Assembly: GCA_002433895.1 (NCBI GenBank)
Contig: DJJA01000006.1
Location: forward strand, 40,630-104,629
Origin: Candidatus Gottesmanbacteria bacterium UBA6580
Lineage (GTDB): Bacteria; Patescibacteriota; Microgenomatia; UBA10105; UBA927
DNA: 64,000 nucleotides
Direction of reading: 5' to 3'
A program made the translations under genes and the position numbers. A model generated the notes under the pieces. It was not told the origin of the DNA. It made no database searches and worked only from the letters and a program-made list of their open reading frames with translations. This document shows, one piece after another, positions 36,806 to 49,667 of the stretch; within the stretch, counting starts at the first letter, position 1; every line of letters begins with the position of its first letter.

Positions 36806-37864
36806 TTAGCCGGCCCGCTGCAGGAGCCTGCCGAGCTCTTCCGGACGGAGCGCAAATGCATTGGCAACTTCAAGACTAATTGCACCCGACCGTACCGACT
36901 GGGCAAGCGACGTTTCGAGCGTCTGCATCCCGAACTCCGCGCTGGTTTGGATAATATTATCTATTTGATGTGTCTTTCCTTCACGGATAAGGGTACGCAC
37001 TGCAGGTGTCGCAGTAAGTATTTCTGACGCAGGTACGCGTCCTCCTGAAAGCGCGGGGATCAACCGGAGCGAAAGCACCCCTTCAAGGACATTTGATAGT
37101 TGCAGGCGTACCTGCACCTGTTGGTTTTCCTGGAATACGTCCACAATACGGTCGACGGTTTGCGCAGCCGAGTTGGTATGTAAGGTCGCAAACACCAAAT
37201 GACCGGTTTCTGCGATGGTGATAGCGGACTGTATCGTTTCTAAGTCCCGCATTTCTCCAATCAAAACCACATCCGGATCTTCCCGCAACACACTCCGAAG
37301 TGCGACATTCCATGAGTGTGTGTCGCCATGCATTTCGCGCTGCGACACAATGGACTGTCCGGTCGGATATACGTACTCAATAGGGTCCTCGATGGTGACA
37401 ATATGCGCCGCCCTGTTTTGGTTAATCATATTAATCATTGATGCCAAAGTGGTTGATTTTCCATGCCCGGTAGGACCCGTGACCAACACGAGACCCTGCC
37501 GAAGCTTCACAAACTGATGGCAAATATCAGGAAGGCCTAATTCTTCTATCGTTTTTATTTTTTGGGGGATTAACCGGAACGCCGCAGCGATCGTTCCTTT
37601 TTGCATATAGACATTTACCCGGAAACGGCCGACTGCGGAAGCAAGAGAGTAATCAATTTCTTTATTCGTTTCATACACCTCTTTTTGCTCCGCGCTGAGT
37701 GTGCTGTAGATGAGCTCCTTGGCGATATCATCGGTAAGTATTGATGTCCCTTCCGCGGGAAACAGCACTCCTGATACACGGATCATCGGAGGAAATCCGA
37801 CAATAAGGTGGATATCGGACGCCTCCTTATGTGCCGCTTCTGCAAATAAATGTTGTATGTCCAT
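36806..37864 (-). CDS. pilT: Retraction ATPase PilT
   Basis: GPTGHGKSTT, TIEDPIE, LREDPDV, AETGHLV, AVRTLIRE, GMQT. Confidence 0.95.
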   Translation of the reverse strand: MDIQHLFAEAAHKEASDIHLIVGFPPMIRVSGVLFPAEGTSILTDDIAKELIYSTLSAEQKEVYETNKEIDYSLASAVGRFRVNVYMQKGTIAAAFRLIPQKIKTIEELGLPDICHQFVKLRQGLVLVTGPTGHGKSTTLASMINMINQNRAAHIVTIEDPIEYVYPTGQSIVSQREMHGDTHSWNVALRSVLREDPDVVLIGEMRDLETIQSAITIAETGHLVFATLHTNSAAQTVDRIVDVFQENQQVQVRLQLSNVLEGVLSLRLIPALSGGRVPASEILTATPAVRTLIREGKTHQIDNIIQTSAEFGMQTLETSLAQSVRSGAISLEVANAFALRPEELGRLLQRAG

Positions 37865-37867
37865 ACG

Positions 37868-37931
37868 CTGTTATTTTGTCACTTTGTTATTCGGTTAGTT
37901 TGTCAATTTGTTACTTGGTTATCTTGTATAG
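37868..37931. repeat. Eight tandem degenerate octamers filling the pilB-pilT spacer
   Basis: ctgttatt ttgtcact ttgttatt cggttagt ttgtcaat ttgttact tggttatc ttgtatag. Confidence 0.8.
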
Positions 37932-39647
37932 TTAGTCTTGTGCCACCCGCAGCACTTCTTCAATAGTGGTAATACCTTCAAGTGCCTTGAGATATCCGTC
38001 CTGTTTCATCGTAATCATTCCCTCACTCACCGCCTGCGTCTCTATTTCTTTCATGGTTGCATGTGACAGAGTCAGTTTGCTGATCATGTCAGTAACCGCA
38101 AATACCTCAAAAATACCCAATCGTCCCAAATAGCCTGCGCCGCCGCAGGTTTCGCACGGGGTACCGTTCACACTCCCTTTTCCTTTGTAGAGCACCATCG
38201 GTTTATCTTGCGGCCACAAATTTCCCACCACCTTCTTAATATCAATAATGACCGCTTCCTCGGGTACATACTCTTCTCTACAGGTAGGACACAGACGGCG
38301 GGCGATACGCTGACCGACCACCGCGTTGAGCGCAGAGGCAAGTAAAAATGGTTCAGCCCCCAAATCAATCAACCGCGGTATCGCGCCTGACGCGTTGTTT
38401 GTGTGTAACGTAGAAAATACCAAGTGTCCGGTTAACGCGGCCTGTATGGCAAGTTCTGTTGTCTCTTGGTCACGAATTTCTCCCACCAGGATAATATTCG
38501 GGTCCTGACGCAAAAATGACCGCAATCCGGTTGCAAACGTCAGTCCTGCCGCAGGATTAATCTGCACTTGATTAACGCCGGTAATTTCGTACTCAACCGG
38601 ATCCTCCAGCGTCATAATATTAACCTTGGCATTATTAAGGATGGAAAGCACTGAATACAGTGTCGTCGTTTTTCCGGAACCCGTCGGTCCGGTTACCAAT
38701 ATGACCCCGTGCGGTCTGCGGATAGAGGACTCCAGATTTTTGATAGCCAAACCGCGAAGACCTAAATCCGGTAGCGTGGGAATACCTCCTGATTTTTTCA
38801 GCAACCGCATAACCACCTTTTCGCCGTGCACGGTAGGAAGTGTAGAAACACGGAGATCCACCTCGCTTTCACTCATTTTAAAATTAAACCGGCCGTCTTG
38901 GGGAATTCGTTTTTCGTCAATTTTCAAATCCGCCAATATTTTGATACGCGAAATGACGGCGTCCTGCAATTTACGTGGCAACATGAGCCGTTCCTGCAAA
39001 ATACCGTCGACACGATACCGCACCCGTGTTTCTCCTATTTGCGGCTCTATGTGGATATCGGACGCGCGTATGCGTATAGCCTGTTCCAAAATTGCTGATA
39101 CAATCTGCGCGATGGGAGCTTCACGGATCACCTCTCCCAAGTGTCCTGCTTCGTATGTTTTGACCGCTGGTTCTGATTCTTCCAGTGCTGCGGTCACATC
39201 CGCGCCGAGATTTTGGGTGTACAGTTCGTTTATTGCCGATTTGATATCATCTTCTACCCCCATGAATGCTTTTATGGGACGGCCGGATTTTTTCTCCAAA
39301 AATTCCACCACCTGGAAATCCAACGGGTCAAGCATTGCGACCGAAAGCGCGCCCGGCTCTTTTGCGTCTATCTGAAACGGTACGAGCGTGTACCGTCTCG
39401 CTACCGGTTCGGGGATAAAATTAATAACATCGGGTGTAATTGCCCGACCGGAGATGGTCACAAATGGGATACCGAGTGTTTCCGCTTTTGCCTTTGCGTA
39501 TACTTCCGGGGTAACAATGCGCTTTTCCTTAATCACCTCTTCAAATGACACACCCGAATTTAATGCGTCAGTCCGGAGACGCTCTGCCTGTTCCTCCGTC
39601 AAGGCCTTTGCTTTTACTAAACTGGTGATGATGTCTAGGGCAGGCAT
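37932..39647 (-). CDS. pilB: Assembly ATPase PilB/GspE
   Basis: ASDIHIEP, PQDGR, GPTGSGKTT, LRQDPN, HTNNA, CPTC...CETC. Confidence 0.95.
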   Translation of the reverse strand: MPALDIITSLVKAKALTEEQAERLRTDALNSGVSFEEVIKEKRIVTPEVYAKAKAETLGIPFVTISGRAITPDVINFIPEPVARRYTLVPFQIDAKEPGALSVAMLDPLDFQVVEFLEKKSGRPIKAFMGVEDDIKSAINELYTQNLGADVTAALEESEPAVKTYEAGHLGEVIREAPIAQIVSAILEQAIRIRASDIHIEPQIGETRVRYRVDGILQERLMLPRKLQDAVISRIKILADLKIDEKRIPQDGRFNFKMSESEVDLRVSTLPTVHGEKVVMRLLKKSGGIPTLPDLGLRGLAIKNLESSIRRPHGVILVTGPTGSGKTTTLYSVLSILNNAKVNIMTLEDPVEYEITGVNQVQINPAAGLTFATGLRSFLRQDPNIILVGEIRDQETTELAIQAALTGHLVFSTLHTNNASGAIPRLIDLGAEPFLLASALNAVVGQRIARRLCPTCREEYVPEEAVIIDIKKVVGNLWPQDKPMVLYKGKGSVNGTPCETCGGAGYLGRLGIFEVFAVTDMISKLTLSHATMKEIETQAVSEGMITMKQDGYLKALEGITTIEEVLRVAQD

Positions 39648-39819
39648 ACGTATAACAAACCAACCTGAGTATAAATATACACAGGTAAAAATCTATCGCT
39701 TATTCCATTATTCAATACGAACACTCGTTATTGCAAGGGGAGGGAAGGAAATTGTACTAGTAAATCCGCTGCATTTTACCTACAATAAGACCGGAAATAT
39801 CCTATATAGGTCATCATGT

Positions 39820-40491
39820 ATGCAAACCGTCCTTTATATTCACCATGATCCCGCAATCAGAGAACAGGCGATACGCGCAACAATAAACGAGTGGGGGATT
39901 TCACCATTTGATTGTGTCGCGCCAGCATCAGACACCCCTTCAATCGGTATAAAGGAAATCCGCGCGTTTATAAAACGGCTTTCATTACTACCCCAACAGG
40001 GAACACATACTGCAGGCATCATCGCCGAAGCCGAACGGCTTACGACGGAAGCACAACAGGCACTTTTGAAAACGCTGGAAGAACCACCCGCTCACGCCTA
40101 TATCGTCATCGGGGTTTCAAATATCCAAACTATCTTAGGAACCATCGTCTCCCGGTGCGAATGCCGGTTGCTCCCGTCGACTCCCGGCACCCCGGTTCCG
40201 TCATCGGCGCCCGGATATGACCTCCATTCATTTTTCGCGTTATCAAAAGGAGGGAAAATTGCGTATCTATCTACTATCGGCACAACAAAAGAACATTTGT
40301 TGCCGTGGATAGATACCGCCATTACAACACTCCGCACCGAACTTATTAGTGACCAAATACACACAAAGAATCGGGCTGCTATACCATATAAAATAGCATT
40401 TCTTCACGCGCTTCTTGAAACCCGTAAGTATCAGGAAAACAATATAAACATACTGCTCCAACTGGAAGCCGCGGCGCTCGCGCTCCCGTAA
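39820..40491 (+). CDS. holB: DNA polymerase III delta-prime-like protein (short)
   Basis: SIGIKEIR, AERLTTEAQQALLKTLEEPP, TIVSRC. N-terminal P-loop not evident. Confidence 0.75.
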   Translation: MQTVLYIHHDPAIREQAIRATINEWGISPFDCVAPASDTPSIGIKEIRAFIKRLSLLPQQGTHTAGIIAEAERLTTEAQQALLKTLEEPPAHAYIVIGVSNIQTILGTIVSRCECRLLPSTPGTPVPSSAPGYDLHSFFALSKGGKIAYLSTIGTTKEHLLPWIDTAITTLRTELISDQIHTKNRAAIPYKIAFLHALLETRKYQENNINILLQLEAAALALP

Positions 40492-40546
40492 AATATGTTT
40501 TCCCAAAACATGGCTAGACAAGGCAATATACGATCTAGTACAATGA

Positions 40547-42511
<1,965 letters not shown>

Positions 42512-42512
42512 T

Positions 42513-42562
42513 GTAGCTCTGCTGACGGAGTCCGCCGATCATCGCTCCGTGAGCCACGCTAC
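42513..42562 (+). other. Long imperfect GC-rich hairpin right after the gyrB stop
   Basis: GTAGC/GCTAC and GCT.ACGGAG/CTCCGT.AGC arms. No T-run. Confidence 0.55.
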
Positions 42563-42673
42563 GAACAGTAGGTAAGGCGAAAGGGAAGATAAGGCGGACA
42601 AAAACGGCGACATTGGATATATAACAAAACAACGAAAACAGTATATACATACAATTTTATAAAGGAGGAGTTT

Positions 42674-43192
42674 ATGAACTTAGCAGCTATTAAACCAGGA
42701 AAGAACCCACCGGAAGACATAAACGTCATCATCGAAATTCCGGAAGGATGCATGGTGAAATATGAAATGGATAAAGAAGCAGAAATAATCATGGTCGACC
42801 GTTTCGTACGTACCACCATGGGCTACCCTGCAAATTACGGATTTGTCCCAAACACCAAATCAGGCGACGGAGACCCGGTCGACGTCATGGTGCTTTGCTC
42901 ACAACCATTGCACCCCGGCGTCATGGTGAATGTGATCCCAATTGGCATGCTGGAAATGGAAGACGAATCCGGCATTGATATGAAAGTGGTAGCCGTACCG
43001 AGCGAAAAATCTGATCCTATCTACGGCGCCATGAAGGATGTTATGGATATCCCGGAACCGACCAAAGCAAAAATTAAACACTTTTTCGAACACTACAAAG
43101 AACTTGAGCCAGGCAAATGGGTCAAACTCAAGGAATGGAAAGGGAAAGCGGTTGCCCAAAAAGAAATAATGGATGGCATAGCACACAAATAA
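42674..43192 (+). CDS. ppa: Family I inorganic pyrophosphatase
   Basis: [40 protein letters not shown]. Confidence 0.96.
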   Translation: MNLAAIKPGKNPPEDINVIIEIPEGCMVKYEMDKEAEIIMVDRFVRTTMGYPANYGFVPNTKSGDGDPVDVMVLCSQPLHPGVMVNVIPIGMLEMEDESGIDMKVVAVPSEKSDPIYGAMKDVMDIPEPTKAKIKHFFEHYKELEPGKWVKLKEWKGKAVAQKEIMDGIAHK

Positions 43193-43196
43193 TCAT

Positions 43197-45719
43197 ATGG
43201 CAGATATCGGCAAAATCCAGGAAAGCAATATCGTTACAGAAATGCAAAAGTCCTATATGGACTATGCGATGAGCGTCATCGTCTCACGCGCATTACCTGA
43301 TGTACGGGACGGTTTAAAACCGGTACACCGCCGTATCCTCTATGCCATGCACCAAACTGGTCTGCATCACAGTGCCAAATACAAAAAGTCTGCCACGGTC
43401 GTCGGAGAAGTGCTGGGTAAATACCACCCGCACGGCGACTCGTCAGTATATGAAGCGTTGGTACGTCTTGCCCAGGATTTTTCGATGCGCTATACCCTCG
43501 TCGACGGGCAGGGGAACTTCGGCTCAGTAGATGGTGATCCGCCAGCCGCCATGCGGTATACGGAGTGCCGCCTCGACAGTATCGCTGACGAAATGCTTCT
43601 GGATATCGAAAAAGAAACAGTGAGTTTCTTACCCAATTTTGACGGTTCCATCCAGGAGCCGGTATGTTTGCCCGCGAAACTTCCCAATCTGTTGCTCATG
43701 GGAAGTGAGGGTATTGCCGTAGGTATGGCAACGAAAATCCCGCCGCATAATTTATCCGAACTCGTGGATGCGATCGTTTTTATGATCGGCAAATCAACAA
43801 TCGACAAAAAAGGAACAGTCAGTACCAACGACGTCGGCGAAAGCAAACGGTTCGGCATGACGTTTGATGTAACACTTGAGGATCTCATGGGATTTGTACA
43901 GGGGCCGGATTTCCCGACTGCCGGAGCCATCTATGACATCAACGAAATCAAAAACGCCTATTCAACCGGCAAAGGCAAGATCGTCATGCGCGGTAAGGCA
44001 GAAATCGAAGAAATGGGCAACGGCAAAAGCATGATTGCCATCACCGAACTCCCGTACCAGGTAAACAAAGCAAATCTGGTCGCCAAAATCGCGGATCTCG
44101 TCAAAGACAAAAAACTTGACGGCATTTCTGATCTCCGCGACGAATCTGACCGCCGTGGTATCCGGGTCGTTGTCGAACTTAAACGCGACGCGCAACCAAA
44201 CAAAGTCCTCAATAATCTGTATAAATTTACTGAACTGCAGAGCACCTTCCCGGTAAATGTCGTGGCGCTCGTCGACGGCACACCCAGGACACTAACCCTC
44301 CGCGAAATTCTGGAAGAATACCTGCGGCACCGTCACGATGTCATTTACCGGCGGAGCGAATTCGAACTCAAGGAAGCAAAAGCCCGGGAACACATCCTTG
44401 AAGGACTCAAGATTGCCGTTGACCATATCGACGAAGTAATCGCGATCATCAAAAAAGCAAAAGATGCCGAGGATGCCAAAACAAAACTCATGGCACGCTT
44501 TAAACTTTCCGAAATTCAGGCGACCGCAATTCTCGATATGCAGCTCCGGAAACTCGCCGCGTTGGAACGCCAAAAAATCGAAGATGAACTCGCCATGATC
44601 CGGGAAACAATTGCATACTTAAATGATCTCTTGGCGCATCCTGAGAAAATCCTCAAGGTTATCAAAGAAGAGCTCATTAAACTCAAAGAAAAATACGGTG
44701 ACAACCGGAAAACCCGTGTTTACAAGAGTAAAGTAGGCGAACTTTCTGACGAACAACTTATCCCGAACGAAGAAACTATTATCACCATGACCGAAACCGG
44801 CTACATCAAACGGGTACCGCGCTCCACATTCAAACTGCAGGAGCGGGGAGGCAAAGGCGTCATCGGGATGACGACCAAAGACGAAGACGCGATTGACCGG
44901 TTGGTAAGTGCCCACACCCACGACAATATGCTCTTTTTCACCGAAAAAGGAAAAGTATATCAGGTACGGGTATGGGATATTCCCGAAGCAAGCAGGCAGT
45001 CCAAAGGCCAGGCAGTGGTGAACCTCATCAACATCGAGAGTGCCGAAAAAGTCACATCCATGCTGGCTTACTCACTGAAACGCTCAGAACAAAAAGAGAA
45101 AGGTTTGGAATACATTCTCATGGCTACCAAAAAAGGCGTCGTAAAGAAAACAAAACTTTCCCAGTATGAAAACATCAGACGCAACGGCCTGCTATCAATC
45201 AAGCTGGACACAGGTGATGAGCTTATCTGGGCGAAACTGACGAGCGGTAATGATGACGTGTTGCTTGTCACCCATGATGGCAAAACTATCCGGTTTTCGG
45301 AAACTGAAGTGCGGCATACCGGCCGTGACACCATGGGCGTGCGGGGTATTCTCCTCAAGCCCGGTGACTATGTCGTCGCCATGGAGGTGATCGGCAGCGA
45401 AAACAAAAAAGCAGACTTTTTAACCCTCATGGAAAAGGGCCTCGGCAAAAAAACGAACATTACCGGCTTCCCGAAGCAGAAACGGGGCGGGCAGGGAGTA
45501 AAAGTCGCGGAGATAAAGCCGAAAACAGGCAAAGTAGTGCTTTCACAAATGGTTCCCGAAGGAAGCGAAGAGGTTATCCTTACTTCCACCAAAGGACAAG
45601 TCGTGAAACTGCCGATGAAGTCTATTCCGCAGCTGTCCCGTGCCACAAGTGGTGTCATACTTATGCGCTTTACGGATAAGAATGATACGATCGCTGCGGC
45701 CACCTGCCTTACCAAGTAA
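43197..45719 (+). CDS. gyrA: DNA gyrase subunit A
   Basis: [22 protein letters not shown], GyrA-box QERGGKG. Confidence 0.96.
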   Translation: MADIGKIQESNIVTEMQKSYMDYAMSVIVSRALPDVRDGLKPVHRRILYAMHQTGLHHSAKYKKSATVVGEVLGKYHPHGDSSVYEALVRLAQDFSMRYTLVDGQGNFGSVDGDPPAAMRYTECRLDSIADEMLLDIEKETVSFLPNFDGSIQEPVCLPAKLPNLLLMGSEGIAVGMATKIPPHNLSELVDAIVFMIGKSTIDKKGTVSTNDVGESKRFGMTFDVTLEDLMGFVQGPDFPTAGAIYDINEIKNAYSTGKGKIVMRGKAEIEEMGNGKSMIAITELPYQVNKANLVAKIADLVKDKKLDGISDLRDESDRRGIRVVVELKRDAQPNKVLNNLYKFTELQSTFPVNVVALVDGTPRTLTLREILEEYLRHRHDVIYRRSEFELKEAKAREHILEGLKIAVDHIDEVIAIIKKAKDAEDAKTKLMARFKLSEIQATAILDMQLRKLAALERQKIEDELAMIRETIAYLNDLLAHPEKILKVIKEELIKLKEKYGDNRKTRVYKSKVGELSDEQLIPNEETIITMTETGYIKRVPRSTFKLQERGGKGVIGMTTKDEDAIDRLVSAHTHDNMLFFTEKGKVYQVRVWDIPEASRQSKGQAVVNLINIESAEKVTSMLAYSLKRSEQKEKGLEYILMATKKGVVKKTKLSQYENIRRNGLLSIKLDTGDELIWAKLTSGNDDVLLVTHDGKTIRFSETEVRHTGRDTMGVRGILLKPGDYVVAMEVIGSENKKADFLTLMEKGLGKKTNITGFPKQKRGGQGVKVAEIKPKTGKVVLSQMVPEGSEEVILTSTKGQVVKLPMKSIPQLSRATSGVILMRFTDKNDTIAAATCLTK

Positions 45720-45723
45720 TCTT

Positions 45724-46137
45724 ATGGCTGATCCTGAGTGGAAACCTGGCTTGGCTTGTGAAGGTCGGCATTTACTCATCGATTTCTACCGCAAAACAGC
45801 AAAAAGCATCCCCCGGGTAAACGGCATGCGCTGTGCCCCCATACAGTTTCAAGCAGGAATGTCGAGTGTGATGATCGGATGTGACAAACACAAATGTCCG
45901 CTGCTTGGCGGGCAAGCAGATGAGACACTTACCGAGCAAACAGAATTTGTCCTCGAACGCACAAATACACAAAATAGAAACATGACCTCACTCCAGTTAC
46001 AATGGAACCAATTTCCGTCATTCCGCGCCGGCGGCGTTGTAGAAGTTCAGGGTACCATCATTACCGCACAGTACCTACTCCCGGAATGTATACGGAGGAA
46101 AATACCAAGGAAGGGTGAAAATTACCGTATCACATAA
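45724..46137 (+). CDS. Hypothetical protein (137 aa, 5 Cys)
   Basis: ATG 4 nt after the gyrA stop. No recognised motif. Confidence 0.5.
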   Translation: MADPEWKPGLACEGRHLLIDFYRKTAKSIPRVNGMRCAPIQFQAGMSSVMIGCDKHKCPLLGGQADETLTEQTEFVLERTNTQNRNMTSLQLQWNQFPSFRAGGVVEVQGTIITAQYLLPECIRRKIPRKGENYRIT

Positions 46138-46186
46138 GACGGAAGGCGTATTGAAATCAACAGAGATGATACAATAGAGCCGCATT

Positions 46187-46567
46187 ATGGAATCATTTCT
46201 TCAACCAGTGCTGATTGCGCTCGCGCTTATATCGAGTTACGCGCAGATGACCTATACGCTCATCGCTACCTCATTTAACCGTCAGGTGGCAAAAACCCAA
46301 TGCGAAAAAGACGGAAAAGAATTTCTGAGCTGGTGTAACGGCACAAACTACGCGTGTGTACAACAATTTGCTGACGCGGGCACCATGTGTAACGGCACAA
46401 GCCAGCGGTGTTTAGGATTTTGTATAACCACGGAGGCAGGCACAGGAATGTGCAGTGAGTATCCGCTGCCGAAGCAACTCTATGATAAATACTCGAGTAC
46501 ACCTCCTCAGGGCGTGATGGGGCAACTGCCTGCAACCATCATGGATCAATCATGCCTCACTCGGTAG
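46187..46567 (+). CDS. Secreted Cys-rich small protein
   Basis: Hydrophobic N-terminus, 8 Cys, CNGT twice. Upstream TGaTACAAT promoter-like motif. Confidence 0.65.
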   Translation: MESFLQPVLIALALISSYAQMTYTLIATSFNRQVAKTQCEKDGKEFLSWCNGTNYACVQQFADAGTMCNGTSQRCLGFCITTEAGTGMCSEYPLPKQLYDKYSSTPPQGVMGQLPATIMDQSCLTR

Positions 46568-46800
46568 AAAAACCTTTATATCTTTCCGGACTTTTTATTC
46601 ACGGGGCCCAAAAATATCCCGTCCGTATAGAAGTAACGCGCACCAGGGCAGGTTGGCAAGCGATGTGTACTTCAGAAGCCCCACGGCGGACTGTTATACC
46701 GCCATACACCGGTTCGTTTGGACCACACAAAGACTATGATGAACTCCTGACCGCGTTACGGACAAGATTATCAAACGTGCGGGAAGTTATTGAGTTATAA
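46552..46800 (+). CDS. Hypothetical protein (82 aa)
   Basis: ORF overlapping both neighbours in an operon-like arrangement. Confidence 0.45.
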   Translation: MPHSVEKPLYLSGLFIHGAQKYPVRIEVTRTRAGWQAMCTSEAPRRTVIPPYTGSFGPHKDYDELLTALRTRLSNVREVIEL

Positions 46801-47095
46801 CATGAAAACTATGAAGGAAGCGTTCCAAAGAGGATGGCGTGATGCCTATACAATCGAGCGTACCCGCAGCCGCTTTGGCTTTTGTGCATCTATGCGCATG
46901 TCGCTGCGGCTTACCGGTAGAGAGCAGGAATTACACCAAAAAACCCGCAGTGAAAATATCGCTAACACGCTGGGATTATGGAGCGGATCGACCTGGCAAA
47001 CGCTGCGGTACTACGGACGCGTTTTGATACCAAAACCTATAACTGAAATAACCGTCGCTCTCCCTGCCGATAACGACCCAAAAAGGAACAGTTAA
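46790..47095 (+). CDS. Hypothetical basic protein (about 97-101 aa)
   Basis: ORF only. Likely start ATG 46802. Confidence 0.4.
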   Translation: MSYNMKTMKEAFQRGWRDAYTIERTRSRFGFCASMRMSLRLTGREQELHQKTRSENIANTLGLWSGSTWQTLRYYGRVLIPKPITEITVALPADNDPKRNS

Positions 47096-47832
47096 CGGAG
47101 CTCAAACGTCACGGTGACCGCCTTACTCACCGTTCCACTTCCTGGCTCCACCGCTCCACCGCCACCACCGCCGCCCTCCATCCGGCCATAAAAGGGAACA
47201 GGTTGTTGTGATGCTCCAGCCTCAGTGACACTGACCACTTTCCCTAATTTTTGGCCTGTAGATTGTGCCACCTTTTCCGCTTTCACTTTCGCGTTGTTAA
47301 ATGCCGCGTCCAGAAGCGCTGTTGCTTGCTCACTCGTATCGTCAAACGTGAAGTTGGGACCGTACACATTGTTGGCTCCGGTATTGGTAAGTACCCCCGC
47401 AAGCGCCGATGCCTGGTCAACATTCCGTAGCGTTATTTCAACCGTGTTACTGACATTCCATTGTCCGGGCCGGTATTTTTGCCGGCCGTCTTCGTAATAC
47501 TGATCCTGGTTCTGATAAATATTCAGGCTCTGTGTCTTGATATCTTCCTCAGTGACACCGAATACCTTTACCGCCTGAATAATAGCTTCAACTTTTTTAT
47601 TGACGTCATTAACCGCGACTGTTTTATCATCGCTAAACGCATTGACCCCGGCCGAAAAAACAGCGATTTGGCTTTTTTCTTGTGATTTTGCTTCACCCAC
47701 CACCGTCACCGTTTGGGTAGGTGCGACGTGTATCCTGCCCCACGAAGGAAGGAAAAGACTGCCTACCGCTACCAGAGACACCAAGAGCACGCTGCTTATA
47801 ATAATCGCGACACTTAACGGTTTGTGTTCCAT
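47092..47832 (-). CDS. SIMPL (DUF541) domain protein
   Basis: TVTVVGEA, DIKTQSLNIY, GANNVYGPNF, GQKLGKVVSVTE, VEPGSG.V...V.V.FE. Confidence 0.9.
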   Translation of the reverse strand: MEHKPLSVAIIISSVLLVSLVAVGSLFLPSWGRIHVAPTQTVTVVGEAKSQEKSQIAVFSAGVNAFSDDKTVAVNDVNKKVEAIIQAVKVFGVTEEDIKTQSLNIYQNQDQYYEDGRQKYRPGQWNVSNTVEITLRNVDQASALAGVLTNTGANNVYGPNFTFDDTSEQATALLDAAFNNAKVKAEKVAQSTGQKLGKVVSVTEAGASQQPVPFYGRMEGGGGGGGAVEPGSGTVSKAVTVTFELR

Positions 47833-47916
47833 AAATGTAATAACTCCTCTTTATTTATCATGCGGTGAAATAGTCCCTATTGTCAAATATGAATTTTGCT
47901 ATACTGGTGTATACGT

Positions 47917-48783
47917 ATGATAGTAGACGGTAAATTACTTGCACAATCGTTACTCGATATATTAAAAGCCGATGTTGGTGCGTTACAAAAAAAGGGCATC
48001 ACCCCGACGCTTGCCGTTATCTTGATAGGGGATGATCCTGCATCGCTGGCCTATATCAAACAAAAACAAAAAGCCGCAGAAACAATCGGCGCGCGTGTTC
48101 TATTTGATCATCAGCCGCCGGCGCTGACTGCCGGAGGCCTTTACAACCTTATCACCAAATACAATAAAGATACTGCCGTGCATGGGCTCATTGTCCAGCG
48201 GCCTATCCCAAAGGAAGTAGGTGTGGTCAATGACACACTGGATGATGTTTTGCCTTCCAAAGACGTCGATGGATTTTTACCCGGATCCCCGTTTGAGGTA
48301 CCGGTAGCGATGGCGGTAGGGGAGATACTTCGCACTATTTACACCGCACAACTCCCTGTTAACGATACGACGCCACAACATCACAAAGAATTTACCGGTT
48401 GGCTCAAAGATAAACATATTGTCGTTATCGGCAGGGGGCAAACCGCAGGTACACCAATCTTCCACTTCCTACAGAAGCGTGGAACAAAAGTGACGCAAAT
48501 TCATTCCCAAACCCCGGATCCCGAAACACACATTAAAAAAGCAGACATCGTGATTTCGTGTGTCGGGCGTGAACGCATAGTAGCCCGTGAGTCGGTGAAA
48601 CCGGGGGCAATTCTCATAAGCGTTGGTCTCTGGCGTGATAGTGAAGGAAAACTGCGGGGAGACTATGAAGAGGCTGATATTTCTGATGTGGCGGGCTGGT
48701 ATACCCCCACACCCGGCGGCGTAGGCCCCGTCAATGTCGCTTGTCTCATGCAAAATCTTATAAAAGCTTGTAAGATGAAATAA
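47917..48783 (+). CDS. folD: Bifunctional methylene-THF dehydrogenase/cyclohydrolase
   Basis: LAVILIGDDPAS..YI..K, GLIVQRP, KDVDG, TPTPGGVGP. Confidence 0.92.
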   Translation: MIVDGKLLAQSLLDILKADVGALQKKGITPTLAVILIGDDPASLAYIKQKQKAAETIGARVLFDHQPPALTAGGLYNLITKYNKDTAVHGLIVQRPIPKEVGVVNDTLDDVLPSKDVDGFLPGSPFEVPVAMAVGEILRTIYTAQLPVNDTTPQHHKEFTGWLKDKHIVVIGRGQTAGTPIFHFLQKRGTKVTQIHSQTPDPETHIKKADIVISCVGRERIVARESVKPGAILISVGLWRDSEGKLRGDYEEADISDVAGWYTPTPGGVGPVNVACLMQNLIKACKMK

Positions 48784-48796
48784 GGAGGATCTATAT

Positions 48797-49531
48797 ATGA
48801 AAGACATAGCCGGAGCCGTGGTACTTTTTTTCGTTTTGCTCTTTGCCTATACAAAACTGGCCGGACCAATACCGTTTTCCCTACACAGTGTCGTTACCCA
48901 AAAAACAGACACGTTTACGGTTTCCGGTGAAGGAAAAGTGACGATTGTACCCGATATTGCTCTTGTGCAGGTAGGGGTAACATCCCAAGGGCCTACCGTC
49001 ACCCGTGTACAACAGGACTTAAACGCCAAAATAAACGCGATGAGTGAAGCGATAAAAAAGCTGGGCGTGGATGCCAAGGATATAAAAACCAGCTATTACA
49101 ATATTTCGCCAACCTATGACTACTCATCAGACAACCAACGCATCACGGGCTACCAGGCGAATTCAAATCTCACGATCAAAGTGAGAAAAATAGATAACGC
49201 GAACGCGGTCATCGACGCGGCAACAGCACAAGGTGCTAACCAAGTCGGTGGCGTTTCATTTGATGTCGACGACAAAACAAAAGCGGAAAATCAGGCGCGT
49301 GAAGCAGCGGTAGCTGATGCAAAATCCAAAGCAGATGCCGCGGCCAAAGCAGCCGGTTTCAAACTCGGAAGGGTAATAAACTACAGTGAAGGCGGCGGAG
49401 CAGGCCCCCGGCCGATCATGTATGATGCCGACGAGAAGCTTTCAATGGCGGCAAGCGGTGTGCCTACCCAGGTAGAACCGGGATCCTCCGAGGTCACTGT
49501 AAACGTCACGCTTAGCTACGAAATCCAGTAA
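48797..49531 (+). CDS. SIMPL (DUF541) domain protein
   Basis: TVSGEGKV...PD.A, DIKTSYYNISP.Y, GANQVGGVSF, VEPGSSEV. SD AAGGAGG. Confidence 0.92.
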   Translation: MKDIAGAVVLFFVLLFAYTKLAGPIPFSLHSVVTQKTDTFTVSGEGKVTIVPDIALVQVGVTSQGPTVTRVQQDLNAKINAMSEAIKKLGVDAKDIKTSYYNISPTYDYSSDNQRITGYQANSNLTIKVRKIDNANAVIDAATAQGANQVGGVSFDVDDKTKAENQAREAAVADAKSKADAAAKAAGFKLGRVINYSEGGGAGPRPIMYDADEKLSMAASGVPTQVEPGSSEVTVNVTLSYEIQ

Positions 49532-49667
49532 TTCTGAGGCTAATTAGCCACGGACAAGCCACTTCCGGCATGACAACGGGCGTCGCTATAGGTCTTGCCG
49601 GTCATTCCTTCAAAAGGTAAAATGGTTATTCCAACGCCCCATTTGACGTTTATCGCGGAGTTTTGTT

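Noticed and set aside
39388-39819. Long N-terminal extension of the holB-like ORF
   Set aside because: It overlaps pilB antisense and the divergent promoter region. ATG 39820 is more plausible.
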